63,598 bases of DNA, filler included, from Octopus bimaculoides (GCF_001194135.2; 6 parts of 6 records of this genome joined end to end with filler, not necessarily neighbours in it); one strand, 5' to 3'; positions 50,111 through 61,936 are shown, counted from the whole stretch's first letter. Numbers and translations are program-made. The notes: a model not told the origin generated them from the letters alone.

Positions 50111-51579
50111 GGCTATCACAGAATAAAGATTATACATATGTATATATACATATATCTCCATCCAATATAATCTATTTGCAATTGAGTGATGAATCAAATA
50201 TAGGTCAGAGTATTTTTTTTTCTCCTGTGAATAACTGTAATCCCAAACCTTTTTATCTATAACAGCAAAGTTTCCGAGTTTTAATTGCATGAATCCCACT
50301 TCATTAACAGAATAACAGTAAAATCAACCTCTGGATAAATCCTTGCTAATGAAATGTTTTCAGTAAGGAAAATGAGTACATCTGATGTAGGAGACAAATT
50401 AAACCAATGGTGATATGCAGTGTTGCAGAAGACCCAACCTCAACCCCACCCACTATGCAAGTGTAGTGCATGCAGCTTTTTCTTACTCAGTGTTTTGTGC
50501 AAGCATCCCCAGTCTATTGTCCATTTTATATCCTCACATCCCTCTACTGTCTATTCTCCTCACCATTGTATGTATTCTGTATCCTCTTGTCTCTCCATTG
50601 TCTCATCTATTCACTGTCCCATGACACCAATAACTGAAAGTACTTGACTTGTGCATATTGAATACATCCCTTTCCCATACTTCTGCCACCTATATCCTTT
50701 TCCCGTTTTTCACCCAAATCATGGTGCTTGAACGCCTTTACCCACCCTCTCTAATTCTTCTGTCACTATGCTCAGTTAGACCTGTTACCTTGTGAATATA
50801 CATGCAAAATGATGGTGATGATGATGATGACAACCCAAGGTCCTTTAAAATGCCAGTAATTAGACCCAAGTATATAATTCTGAGTGGATGTGAAAAGGAC
50901 TAGCATTGCAACAGAAGAGAAGTAGGTGTGTTGTCTCAGACAAAATTTTTTGATAATGTGATATCAAGGTGCATTAGGTCATAGAGAATTTAGTATTCTA
51001 CTAAACGTAGACTATAAAACACCTGTAATGGTGATCTTTAAGTCAATAATCCAATAAGACATCAACTTGGCTACTAGTTTTACTAACTTTTAAATCCATT
51101 GGTGACCGGGAACCATTTATCTTATATGTACAGATCACTATCATCAATAACATCAGTGTACAAGTTTAATTGCTAACTTTTAATAATATAGTAGAATGTA
51201 TTTTTCCAGACTATTAAATTCATCTTTTGAAAGTCTATTGAGAGAAAGATGGCAAGTTTAATAATCTGGAAAAAGCCATAGTTATTCAGTAATAATTCAT
51301 CTCATTGAAACTATAGTTCTATCACATTTACTGTATTTCAGAGCAAGTTCTCATGTAATAAGATATCTGATAAACATGGTCATTTCGAGCATTTTATTTT
51401 ATCAACTTGCAAAACCTCATCATTCTTATCTTGTGTCAGTGAAAATTAAATTCCATTAATATTGAAAATGTTCAACAACTTTACTCAATGTATGAGACTT
51501 TCTATCGGGATTTGACAACTAAATTATAATGTATGTATATATCATTATTATCATCATCATCATCATCACCATCATCATC

Positions 51580-51790
51580 ATGAGGTGGTGAGTTGGCAGA
51601 ATCATTAGACTATTGATCAAAAGGCCTCAGTATTTTTGATTATGATCCTATATGTTATGAGTTCAAATTTCACTCAGGTCAACTTTGCCTATCATCTCAC
51701 TGGGGTTAATAAAATACAGTACCAGGCAATCACTAGGTTTCATGATATCAACTAACCCCTTGCGCTGAAAATGACTGGCCCTGTTCCTGA
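51580..51790 (+). mobile_element. SINE family B, diverged
   Basis: Family B motifs. Confidence 0.75.
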
Positions 51791-52864
51791 ATTAGAAACA
51801 ATCATCATCATCATCGTCGTCGTCGTCGTTATCATTATCATTTTGTTTCTGCATTCAATGCTATCATTGTTTGGATTGGGTTGTCATAGACTGAGCCAGT
51901 TCCTGTTTGGTCTTACTGTCTTTGTAGACAGTTTAATGGACCACATCTGGTTCACGGCACCCTGATTGGCATGATTTCTGTGCCTTGATGTCCTTGCTAA
52001 TGTCAGACACTTTACAGTATGTACAAGAAATATTTCATTGTGGCACCGGCTCAAGAGAGATTAGCACATCTTCCCGTAAGACTAAAGAGTCATCTGCTTC
52101 ATGATTTCATTGTCCATTCAAGGCATATACTACTAAGGGGAGGAATAGTTTTGACAGAAAGGATGACAGAGTATGTGTATAATGGGAGAGAGTAAGAGAG
52201 TAATAGGTGTGATAGGATGGTAGCAAAGAGGGACTGAGATAAGAGAGGGTGGCATGGAAACAGGAATGGGAGAGGAGCAGCGATAGGAATGAGAGAGTGG
52301 TATGGAAGAGAGAAACAGAAGAGGGGGTTATAGGCAGCAACATGTCAGCTGTTGGTAAGAAGACAGAATAGATAAAGATTATAGACAGTAATGGAGGAAG
52401 CAGGAGAGGATGAAGGCCAAGAGAACAATGGAAATAAAGTGATAACATTGATGGAAGAGAATGTGAAAGGAACGGAAAGGAATAAAGATGGATGATGAAA
52501 CGAGAGTGGTGACATACAAGGCTGTTTACCTGTGTCACTGTACATACCTATGTATTTGTGTGTGTGTGTTGTGCACTGGCATAGTCTTTTTCTCTCTCTC
52601 TTCTTTCTTTTCCACTCTCTTTCCTTCTTCAGAACACAGTTCCCTGCCAAACCAAAGCCAGATTGTAATTTAAGCCAATGGATTACGATTGTGCTGAGTA
52701 ATTCCTCTGCTCATTTTTTTCCCTTTTCTTTCCTGCTGTCAGAATCATGTTTTGTTACTCTCTGCCCAGTGGAACTGGTTATATACCACAGAATCTCCAG
52801 ACTAAGAAACCATCAGATTAGTTTAAATAAAACACTATACAGACATATGTACCTATATATATAT

Positions 52865-53030
52865 ATATATATATATATATGATAACCTTCTTTCAGTTTC
52901 CCATCTACCACAAATACACTCAAAGTGTGGGTTTAGAGTAGAAAATGCTTGGCCAAGGTGCCCATGCTGTAGAACTGACCTCAAAACCACATAGCTGGAA
53001 AGTGAACTACTTAACTACATATCCATGCAT
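52865..53030 (-). mobile_element. SINE family A, head and central domain
   Basis: Diverged match to 4440-4605. Confidence 0.7.
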
Positions 53031-53031
53031 G

Positions 53032-53066
<35 letters not shown>

Positions 53067-54039
53067 AACTGTTAATCCCAACAAATTTTTTCTCTCTCCC
53101 TCGCTCTATTTTTCTTTTTTCTCACCCCTTTCTGCTGAAAAGTGTAGGCTTAAAATCTCAAAGACATTTCCATTCCTTCCAAGCATCAAACTAATACACT
53201 TGTTTGTCATTCCCTGACATGTCTTTCTCTTTTGTTTTCTATACATTTTTGTATATATATCTATTATTGTATATATATATATATATATATATATNNNNNN
53301 NNNNNNNNNNNNNNNNNNNNNNNNNNNNNNNNNNNNNNNNNNNNNNNNNNNNNNNNNNNNNNNNNNNNNNNNNNNNNNNNNNNNNNNNNNNNNNNNNNNN
53401 NNNNNNNNNNNNNNNNNNNNNNNNNNNNNNNNNNNNNNNNNNNNNNNNNNNNNNNNNNNNNNNNNNNNNNNNNNNNNNNNNNNNNNNNNNNNNNNNNNNN
53501 NNNNNNNNNNNNNNNNNNNNNNNNNNNNNNNNNNNNNNNNNNNNNNNNNNNNNNNNNNNNNNNNNNNNNNNNNNNNNNNNNNNNNNNNNNNNNNNNNNNN
53601 NNNNNNNNNNNNNNNNNNNNNNNNNNNNNNNNNNNNNNNNNNNNNNNNNNNNNNNNNNNNNNNNNNNNNNNNNNNNNNNNNNNNNNNNNNNNNNNNNNNN
53701 NNNNNNNNNNNNNNNNNNNNNNNNNNNNNNNNNNNNNNNNNNNNNNNNNNNNNNNNNNNNNNNNNNNNNNNNNNNNNNNNNNNNNNNNNNNNNNNNNNNN
53801 NNNNNNNNNNNNNNNNNNNNNNNNNNNNNNNNNNNNNNNNNNNNNNNNNNNNNNNNNNNNNNNNNNNNNNNNNNNNNNNNNNNNNNNNNNNNNNNNNNNN
53901 NNNNNNNNNNNNNNNNNNNNNNNNNNNNNNNNNNNNNNNNNNNNNNNNNNNNNNNNNNNNNNNNNNNNNNNNNNNNNNNNNNNNNNNNNNNNNNNNNNNN
54001 NNNNNNNNNNNNNNNNNNNNNNNNNNNNNNNNNNNNNNN

Positions 54040-54110
<71 letters not shown>

Positions 54111-54189
54111 AGGTATGTATATGTTTGTCCCCCGCAACATCACTTGACATCCGATGCTGGTGTGTTTACGTCCCCGTCACTTAGCGGTT

Positions 54190-54560
54190 CAAATTCTCAT
54201 GGTTGAAGGACTTCAAGAAGCTGTGCATTCAATCCTTGTGGAAGATCCACAAAATTTTGTTTGTATTGCAACCATTTTGGTACTACAGCAAGCACATGCA
54301 TGCAACCATGTCTTTTATAGTTAATTGTTCAAATGCAGCCAACAGGCAGTTTCTTTCTCAGTAAAGTGCTTACACCATTTCTTGGAAGGAAGACAATTCA
54401 CCATGTACGCTGATCTTCAAATAATGACCTACACATTACTACAATCTGATACAGATAAATACTACTCAAGAGACATTTAGCACCTTGACTATATTTCACA
54501 GTTTACTGTAGACATATGTTATGTGAAGGGAATCGAAAATTTCTGCAACAAAAGCACCAT
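54190..54560 (+). mobile_element. Gypsy LTR retrotransposon remnant (gag zinc-knuckle trace and RNase H)
   Basis: HFLEGRQFTMYAD...HLDYISQFTVDICYVKGIEN matches Gypsy RNase H (LEGR.F.+.TDH, RHL.+ISQF..DI.++.G..N). Confidence 0.8.
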
Positions 54561-56089
54561 CCCATTTTCAAGGCAATACTTTTTATTCTGGATACATTTG
54601 GACTCACTTTTTCTCTGCACAAGAAATGTTTTCCTCTTTAAAGTTAAAAAAACAGAATGAAAAAGAACTGCCAAACTTTGCATATTTTACAAACTTATCA
54701 TTCTTACTTAGACATTCTTTCAGCATTTATTCTGTATTCAATGCATGTTCTTCTTTCTCTCATTCTTTTGGTTCTGGTATTGGCATATTGCATTTTTATG
54801 TAAATTCTCTGTTTTATTGTTTCATTGTTTTTGCTTTTCTTATAAAGAACCAGGAAGAGACTACTTATTGCAGTGATTCAAAACCTAACTGCTAGCTACT
54901 CAGTCAGATACCACAGTTTCATGTGATTGGTCTGTTCATTGACCAATCAACACGAGGCTGTGGCGTGATATGGTTTTCTCAAACATTCTAGAATTTGGCC
55001 TCTGTCACCATGGAGATTGCGGTTGAGTTCATATATTTTTGGACCAACTGCATGTTGTCACACAGCTTTCAATTATTGATGTTGTTTATGGTAAATAGCC
55101 AACACCAAATATCTTAATGTCTAGCAATAAATCCTTCAATTAAATGTTTGCAGGTTTGCTTCAGTAATTATTCACATAGCCAACAAAACATCTTCATTTC
55201 TTCACTACACATCAGTTTTCCGTGTCGGTAAAGGTTGGATAGTCTTACATGAGCTGGCAAGCCAAAAGACTATAAAGTGCTCAACTGTCTGTTTCTGGAT
55301 GTCCTTCCTAATGACAACTACTTTACAGTGTGTACTGGGTGCTTTCTACATGGCACCAGTGATGTCACTTGCAACACATGACCTCTCAACTGAGATAGGA
55401 GTAGCATTGAGGGAGGTAGATTTGTGCTGGATTGTAACCAAGTGGTTAGTTATCCATCGGCTCAATCTAAGCTCATATTAAATAAATCTAATTATGACTG
55501 CCTTATTTCACTTAGGTTCACCTAACTGTCTTAAAAACATTAGTTCTTATTTATTCCTCTTCTAAAATAAAGGTTCATAACATCACTTGATCTACAGTTC
55601 TATATTTAAGAGATGAGGAATTATGTATATTATTTACATTTGATGGCTATTTGTCCTCATCTTGTTTGTTGTTAGAGAGGTTAGAGTGTGACAGAGGCAG
55701 AAACAGGTGTTTTAGTGTATGGGAACATGACACCTGTTTAACTATACATTATGCCTAAGATTGCTCGTAGCTGGAATACCATTCATGATAGTCTACTGGT
55801 TCAAGGCTAAGCAATTCCCAAACAGTTTGTTAGTTGGCACTCCGTTGCTTATGACGTCGAGGGTTCCAGTTGATCCGATCAACGGAACAGCCTGCTCATG
55901 AAATTAATGTGCGAGTGGCTGAGCACTCCACAGACACGTATACCCTTAACGTAGTTCTCAGGGATATTCAGCATGACACAGTGTGACAAGGCTAACCCTT
56001 TGAATTACAGGCACAACAGAAACAGGAAGTAACAGTGAGAGTGAGAGAAAGTTGTGGTGAAAGAGTAGAGCAGGGTTCGCGACCATCCC

Positions 56090-56200
56090 CTGCTTTAGGT
56101 GTTTTCGCTCAATAAACACTCACAACACCCGGTCTGGGAATCAAAACCGCGATCCTATGACCGCAAGTCTGCTGCCCTAACCACTGGGCCATTGCACCTC
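56090..56200 (-). mobile_element. tRNA-like SINE head (not a functional tRNA)
   Basis: tggcccagtggttagggc...gcggttttgattcccagacc has A and B boxes but no complete cloverleaf. Confidence 0.7.
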
Positions 56201-56279
56201 CAATTCCCAAACAAAAGCAATAGTAAATTTCATCCTGCATTGATGGAGGAGAAAAGATTTTGCTATTTCATTCAATATC

Positions 56280-56500
56280 CAAGGTGGGGAGCTAGAAGAA
56301 TCATTAGCATGACAGGCAGAGTGTTGGTCGCATTTTGTCAGCCTTTATGTTTTGAGTTCAAATTCCACTGAGGTCAAATTTGCTTTTTCATCCATTTGGG
56401 ATTGATAAAATAAGTACTAGCTAAACACTGGGGTCAATGTCATTGACTGACCCACTCCCCCAAATTTGCAGGCCATGTGCCAAATCTTGAAACCAATACT
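56280..56500 (+). mobile_element. SINE family B, diverged
   Basis: Family B motifs. Confidence 0.75.
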
Positions 56501-56867
56501 TCAATCAATATATATCACCACTTTGTGTGTGTGTGTGTGTGTGTACGTGTATGTGTGTTAGTTCATAAATCATTAATTTAGTAATTTGTAACAAATTCAA
56601 CAGTTTCCTCTAACACTGCCTTTTCTGCAATTTGAACTTAACATCTTATATCTTATTATGTTCCATGATTGAACCTACAAAATTGAATATTGATCAAAAC
56701 ATTTTATGGCAGAAATACATACATAACACACTCACAAATGAATGATCAGGCAACAGATATAAGTATGTGCATATTTATGTATATTCATTTTTCTACATAC
56801 ATACATACATGCATGCATGCATACATACATACGTACATACATGCATATATATATATATATATATATA

Positions 56868-56967
56868 NNNNNNNNNNNNNNNNNNNNNNNNNNNNNNNNN
56901 NNNNNNNNNNNTTAATTAATTAANNNNNNNNNNNNNNNNNNNNNNNNNNNNNNNNNNNNNNNNNNNN
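56868..56967. other. Assembly spacer: 44 N + TTAATTAATTAA + 44 N
   Basis: 12-mer at 56912-56923. Confidence 0.95.
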
Positions 56968-56990
56968 TAAATTGCAATATGACCGGGTAT

Positions 56991-57272
56991 TATAGTACAT
57001 TATAGTATAATATTAGGTCTTAAGGCAGGCCATATCAATGTATAATTTACCAATAGCAGCTGTGGTTTTTCAAAAGCTTCTAGAGATAATATAGTATAGA
57101 TTTCCATTATAATAGAGGATTGTTTATAATTTATAGTACATCATAGTATAATAGTAGGTCTTAAGGCAGGCCATATCAATGTATAATTTACCAATAACAG
57201 TTGTGGTTTTTCAAAAGCTTCTAGAGATAATATAGTATAGATTTCCATTGTAATAGAGGATTGTTTATAATT
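56991..57272. repeat. Direct tandem duplication, 2 x 141 bp
   Basis: Units start at 56991 and 57132; 5 substitutions seen. Confidence 0.92.
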
Positions 57273-57413
57273 TATTAATAATATTATTGATGATATTATG
57301 AGGGGTTGTCTCCCCTTAACGGACCTTTATTCAAGGAGGAATTTATTTAACGAGTTATTTAAGGACAAATTTGAATATGGAATGGACTTAGAGACGATGT
57401 TTTGGTATTTACC

Positions 57414-57509
57414 TTTTTTCCCCTGAAGACGTGTAAGGCAATTTATATGTTTGACTTAAATTTGACAGTCAAATATAGCCTTATACAGAAATGTTGACAT
57501 AGGAATAAG
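57414..57509 (+). ncRNA. Type I hammerhead-like motif, core CUGAAGA, long stem II, AUA site, imperfect stem I
   Basis: CTGAAGA at 57423-57429; stem II gtgtaaggc/gccttatac plus inner tatgtttgac/gtcaaatata; then GAAA-TG-ttga-CA-T-A-GGA. Confidence 0.65.
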
Positions 57510-57820
57510 TTTCAATAATAATGGATATTAGCGTCAAAACTCTCCTTTAAATTTAAAACTTTGGATATATAACCAAGGAGAACGATCCTTAAGGAGTCTA
57601 CTTTAGACTTTTTGCGGTGAAATCTCTTGCTATATTGGTAACGATTACATGTTTTTCTATGAACAAATATATATATATATATTTGTGTGTGTGTGTGTAT
57701 GTTTGTGTGTATGTGTGTATATGTGTGTGTGTGTATGTGTGTGTATGTGTGTGTGTGTGTATATTTACTCTTTTGCTTGTTTCAGTCATTAGACTGTGGC
57801 CATGCTGGGGCATATATGTA

Positions 57821-58620
57821 CGACGTTTGATCAATAAGTATCGGGAATGTTGCCATAGTAACAAAGCTAAAGTACACAGTGTAAAGCCACTTGGCCTTGA
57901 CTTCTGCTGTGCCTGCGAACTAAGTTTTAACGTTCTATCTCACGTCTGCTGTTTACTGCAGTGCTTTGTAGGAAGGTGTGTAGCGTGTGTCCGCCGCATC
58001 GTCATGGCGATAGCTCCTCAGAGACCTACGCAAAGTTGCAGAAAGTGTATGGAGAACAGTTTATGAGCCGCATACAAGTGTAGGAGTGGTTCAGGCGTTT
58101 CCAAGATAGCCGAAAAAATGTTGATATTGACGAACGTTCTGGGAGACCTGCAACCAGTAGAACTGAAAAAACATCGTAGATGTGCGTGTAGCTGTTGGGG
58201 GGAAATCGTGGAATCACCATCCGTGAGTTATCAGATGTGCAGATTAGTTACGGTTCAGTTCAGTTCATTATCACTGAAGATTTGGGTATGAGACGCGTGT
58301 CTGCCAAGTTTGTTTCAAAACAGCTTTCAAACCGCTAACCAAAAAGACACTCGGGTTTCAGTTGCACAAAATCGTCTTGATTGTGTCCAGAACGAGGAAA
58401 ACTTTTTAAAAACAGTAGACCACTGAGCAGGTATCCCCAAGCTTTTGGCAAAATTTGATGCAGAGTCTCTGTTCAACTTTCACTGTCATGGTCAATGCGA
58501 CGATCACATGTTACACACCTTCCTTCTAAGTACTGCTGTAAACAGCAGAAGTCAGCTAGAACGTTAAAACTTAGTTCGCATGCACACCGGCGTTTAAGGT
58601 CAAGCTGTGCCAAGCGGCTT
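57821..58620 (+). mobile_element. mariner transposon, internally deleted (5' TIR and HTH region)
   Basis: TA|cgacgtttgatcaataagtatc terminus inserted into a SINE tail; ETYAKLQKVYGEQ..., EWFRRFQ, DERSGRP and DLGMRRVSAKFV. No 3' TIR found. Confidence 0.88.
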
Positions 58621-58639
58621 TACTCTACGTGACTCTAGT

Positions 58640-59570
58640 AGCTCTGAATAAACTTTTTTCACTATTACCTACATAGGAGTCTATATCTGCTCTAGCTAAC
58701 TCCACGCAGTCTTCTACTGATATTAGTCCTCTTCCACCTTCCTTTCTAGGTAAATATAATCTTGCTACTCCTGCCCTTGGGTGGAATCCCCCATTTATAT
58801 CGAATTCCTTCCTAGTTCATCTGTCTGGCTTTGCTAATTCAGATTTTATCCAGACTACAATAGCTGCTGAGTATCTAAGTAATGATACTACCCAAATATT
58901 TACAGCCTTCACTAGATATGGACCATTTAGCTTTGACTTCATTAGCTTCCTGCCCTTCTGATGTACTCCTTCTCAACTTTTGCTTTCGTTTCTATAATTA
59001 GTACTCAACCCAATCTCGTGTCTCAAATTATTATACTTATCAAGCTTTTTCTGTTCTTTATCGTTCTCTTTGGTATCAAAGAGTCATGCTATATCCACCA
59101 TTATACATTCACGAGATGTTTTCTGGAAGATAACGAAAGTGTTCCATAATCTTATCTGTCAACAGTTTACAACCCCATACGATCTTTGTATTTTTATTCA
59201 CCAGCATATTTTCATTCTCCAGCACCTTCTTCATCATTTGGTCAGATCACTTCTAGGAAGAAGGGAAGCTGTACCTCTTAAAGATTTCCCAATGCACGAG
59301 ACTTACCACCCTATTATGTCTCTAGTTCCTATACTCTTACTGCGCTAGTTTTCTGAAATTATGTGGGCAACTGTTTCTTCTGTTTCACAGCACATCCTAC
59401 ATTTCCCGTCAATATTTTCTTTGTCAATGACTTACCTGATATTTCTCGTTCGCATTGCTTGCACCTGTGCACCTATAAATCATTCCTTGTGTCTCTCTCT
59501 TCAGTCCTGTTTTCATCAGCCAGATTCAGCTCTTCCTTCCTCGAAACTCGAACGTAGCTCCACATTTTAT
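58640..59570 (-). mobile_element. R4/Dong-clade LINE remnants (two pieces)
   Basis: AVNIWVVSLLRYSA...FHPRAGVARLYLPRKEGGRGLISVED, and VHWEIFKRY...KVLENEN from the C-terminal region. Confidence 0.85.
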
Positions 59571-59759
59571 ACCCATACCAAAACAATATTTTTAGTATAA
59601 CTCTGACAATGAGAAACTAGGAAATACAAAGATACAAATAAGAAAAGACAACAAAAATAAATTAAGGGAAATAAAAAAAATTAGGGAAAAAGGAAAAACA
59701 TTTAAAGATAAGCATGTCATAAGAGGATAATCTAGTAACTATCTGTCTCTTGCATCTGT

Positions 59760-59997
59760 TACAGCTTCACTTTAAAAATGTCATACCATACATTATACTA
59801 AAATATATCTCAATTACTATACATTGAGATACTACATTCTTCTTTAAACACTGATTTTCTAAAGGGCATAAGTTTGTGTTTGAATAATACAAAGGTGTAG
59901 TAGAGTTAGCACTAATTCTTTTAACAATGAGTAGTACATACGGGTGAATAAAGGCCTTTGTAATATCAAAAACAAACATATGCAATATCAAAAACAA
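59760..59997 (-). mobile_element. Penelope GIY-YIG fragment, inverted relative to its neighbour
   Basis: CPLENQCLKKNVVSQC...YGMTF. Confidence 0.7.
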
Positions 59998-60400
59998 ACT
60001 TTAGAAAATCAGTGTTTAAAGGAAGATATTGAATATCAATGGATGGTAATTGCAGTGGAGCGTGTGTATTACTATATTGATTCTTCTGTGACAACTTGGA
60101 AATCTAGATTATATAACCATTCTTCTTCATTTACGTTTAGAAGGAAATATAATTTTGTGAATCTTAGTAAACGACAGTAACATTAACTACGATATGATAT
60201 GGTCCATTATTAGTTACGCACCATCGTACAGTACTGGGAATTTTAAATGTGATCTTTTCTGAGAAGAAATGTATTGCATAATTACTTCAAAATTAAAATT
60301 ATTAAATTGTACAACCAGTCGTACATTGAAATGTTCTCATGAATATAGAAAAACATTTAAATATTTCACTAGTAAACAGCACCTTCATTATAATTGCTTT
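59940..60400 (+). mobile_element. Penelope GIY-YIG endonuclease remnant
   Basis: ENQCLKEDIEYQ...YYIDSSVTTWKSRLYNHSSSF...WSIISYAPSY...KCDL...KCSH. Confidence 0.85.
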
Positions 60401-60853
60401 TCCTGCAATCTAATAAGCATTTTTTAGCAAACATAAATGTCATGATGTAAAATTTTTATGTGTATTTTTTTTATTCTTTCATTATCTACGGACGCTATCA
60501 TAAGTATAACTACTAAACTGACTTTTCTTTGAATGTTATATTTTTCCTTAACATTCGTTTTGTTTGTGTTCATGTTTGATACATTTTATTTCAGTTCGCT
60601 TTAAATTAGCCTGTTTTGGATTATCTTGGTAACATTGTGTTAGTATAAATTTTCGGATATATTAGTTTGAGTAGCATTTTGTACCTTTTTTCTATATTCT
60701 GGACCAATGGAAACGGTCGCCAATAATGTATGGCGTAATCAGTAATTAAAGATATGATTTTCTCCGTACTTGTTCATGTTCTTATCTCTCTCTCTCTCCC
60801 TCTCTCTCTATATATATATAACAATAATAATGATAATAATAATAATAGTAATG

Positions 60854-60913
<60 letters not shown>

Positions 60914-61004
60914 GCAAGACAGCATGGCGGAGATAAAGTTAAGGAATTTTTAATAATTTGTTATGATCGTTATTTGTGTTTTTTCGTAATTTGTTCTGAT
61001 GGAA

Positions 61005-61092
61005 ACCATTCCTGAGGAAGTGCCAAACGTCAGACATCCAACGGATCAGTCGCTGGATAGGTTTGGGCACAGAAATGTTGACATCGGATGGT
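61005..61092 (+). ncRNA. Type I hammerhead ribozyme, near-canonical, predicted cleavage after C61085 (AUC)
   Basis: Stem I accattc/ggatggt (7 bp, one G-U); core CTGAGGA at 61012-61018; stem II gtgccaaac/gtttgggcac (9 bp, one bulge); GAAA at 61072-61075; stem III ATG-ttga-CAT. An extra A/A opposes at the base of stem II. Confidence 0.8.
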
Positions 61093-61899
61093 AAATAATT
61101 GAATAAATGGAATATAGATCTGTCGAGTTCGAAGTCTCTATCTCTTTTAAATATACAAATTTGAAACCTTGGAAATATATATATATATATATATATACAT
61201 ATATATGCATATTTGAGTACAAGTCATGACCAATTGTGTAAACAACATGAAGTAAGAAAACAAANNNNNNNNNNNNNNNNNNNNNNNNNNNNNNNNNNNN
61301 NNNNNNNNNNNNNNNNNNNNNNNNNNNNNNNNNNNNNNNNNNNNNNNNNNNNNNNNNNNNNNNNNNNNNNNNNNNNNNNNNNNNNNNNNNNNNNNNNNNN
61401 NNNNNNNNNNNNNNNNNNNNNNNNNNNNNNNNNNNNNNNNNNNNNNNNNNNNNNNNNNNNNNNNNNNNNNNNNNNNNNNNNNNNNNNNNNNNNNNNNNNN
61501 NNNNNNNNNNNNNNNNNNNNNNNNNNNNNNNNNNNNNNNNNNNNNNNNNNNNNNNNNNNNNNNNNNNNNNNNNNNNNNNNNNNNNNNNNNNNNNNNNNNN
61601 NNNNNNNNNNNNNNNNNNNTAAATGAAGTATTAACAGTAACTGCACGATAAAGTGGCAATATACTACACTTTATATATATACATATATATATATATATTA
61701 TCTATATTACTATTTAATTGAACGCCACGCATCTATTTCCAAGTAATTATATATATATATATTTCGTTTTGGGATTCGGTTTGCAAGATTCTTTATGAGT
61801 TCGTATGTTGAAGCATATTCTGTTGTGTCTGGGGAGAGTCATTCTCTTATAATTTAACACACTCACCGGTAAAATTTCCACTTATTTACTGTTTTCTTT

Positions 61900-61936
61900 C
61901 TAAAATTTTCGTTGCGTCTTGCAACCTTTTCAATAG
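61900..61936 (-). ncRNA. Minimal hammerhead-like motif with U3-A8 compensatory core (UUGAAAA)
   Basis: Minus strand: CTA-TTGAAAA-G-GTTGC-aagac-GCAAC-GAAA-A-TT-T-TAG. Stem I is 3 bp, stem II is 5 bp, stem III is loopless (AATT), and the site is UUU. Confidence 0.45.

Larger units (their letters stand above)
56968..57600 (+). mobile_element. Penelope-like element 3' end (decayed GIY-YIG C-terminus and pLTR)
   Basis: VLRQAIS/NNSCGF...DIMRGCL is a degraded match to the PLE endonuclease C-terminus. It is followed by an HHR fold, and the tail is homologous to 61090-61180. Confidence 0.55.

Noticed and set aside
56991-57272. CRISPR-like or other prokaryotic repeat arrays
   Set aside because: There is no repeat-spacer structure anywhere; the window is eukaryotic, and this locus is a simple two-unit duplication.
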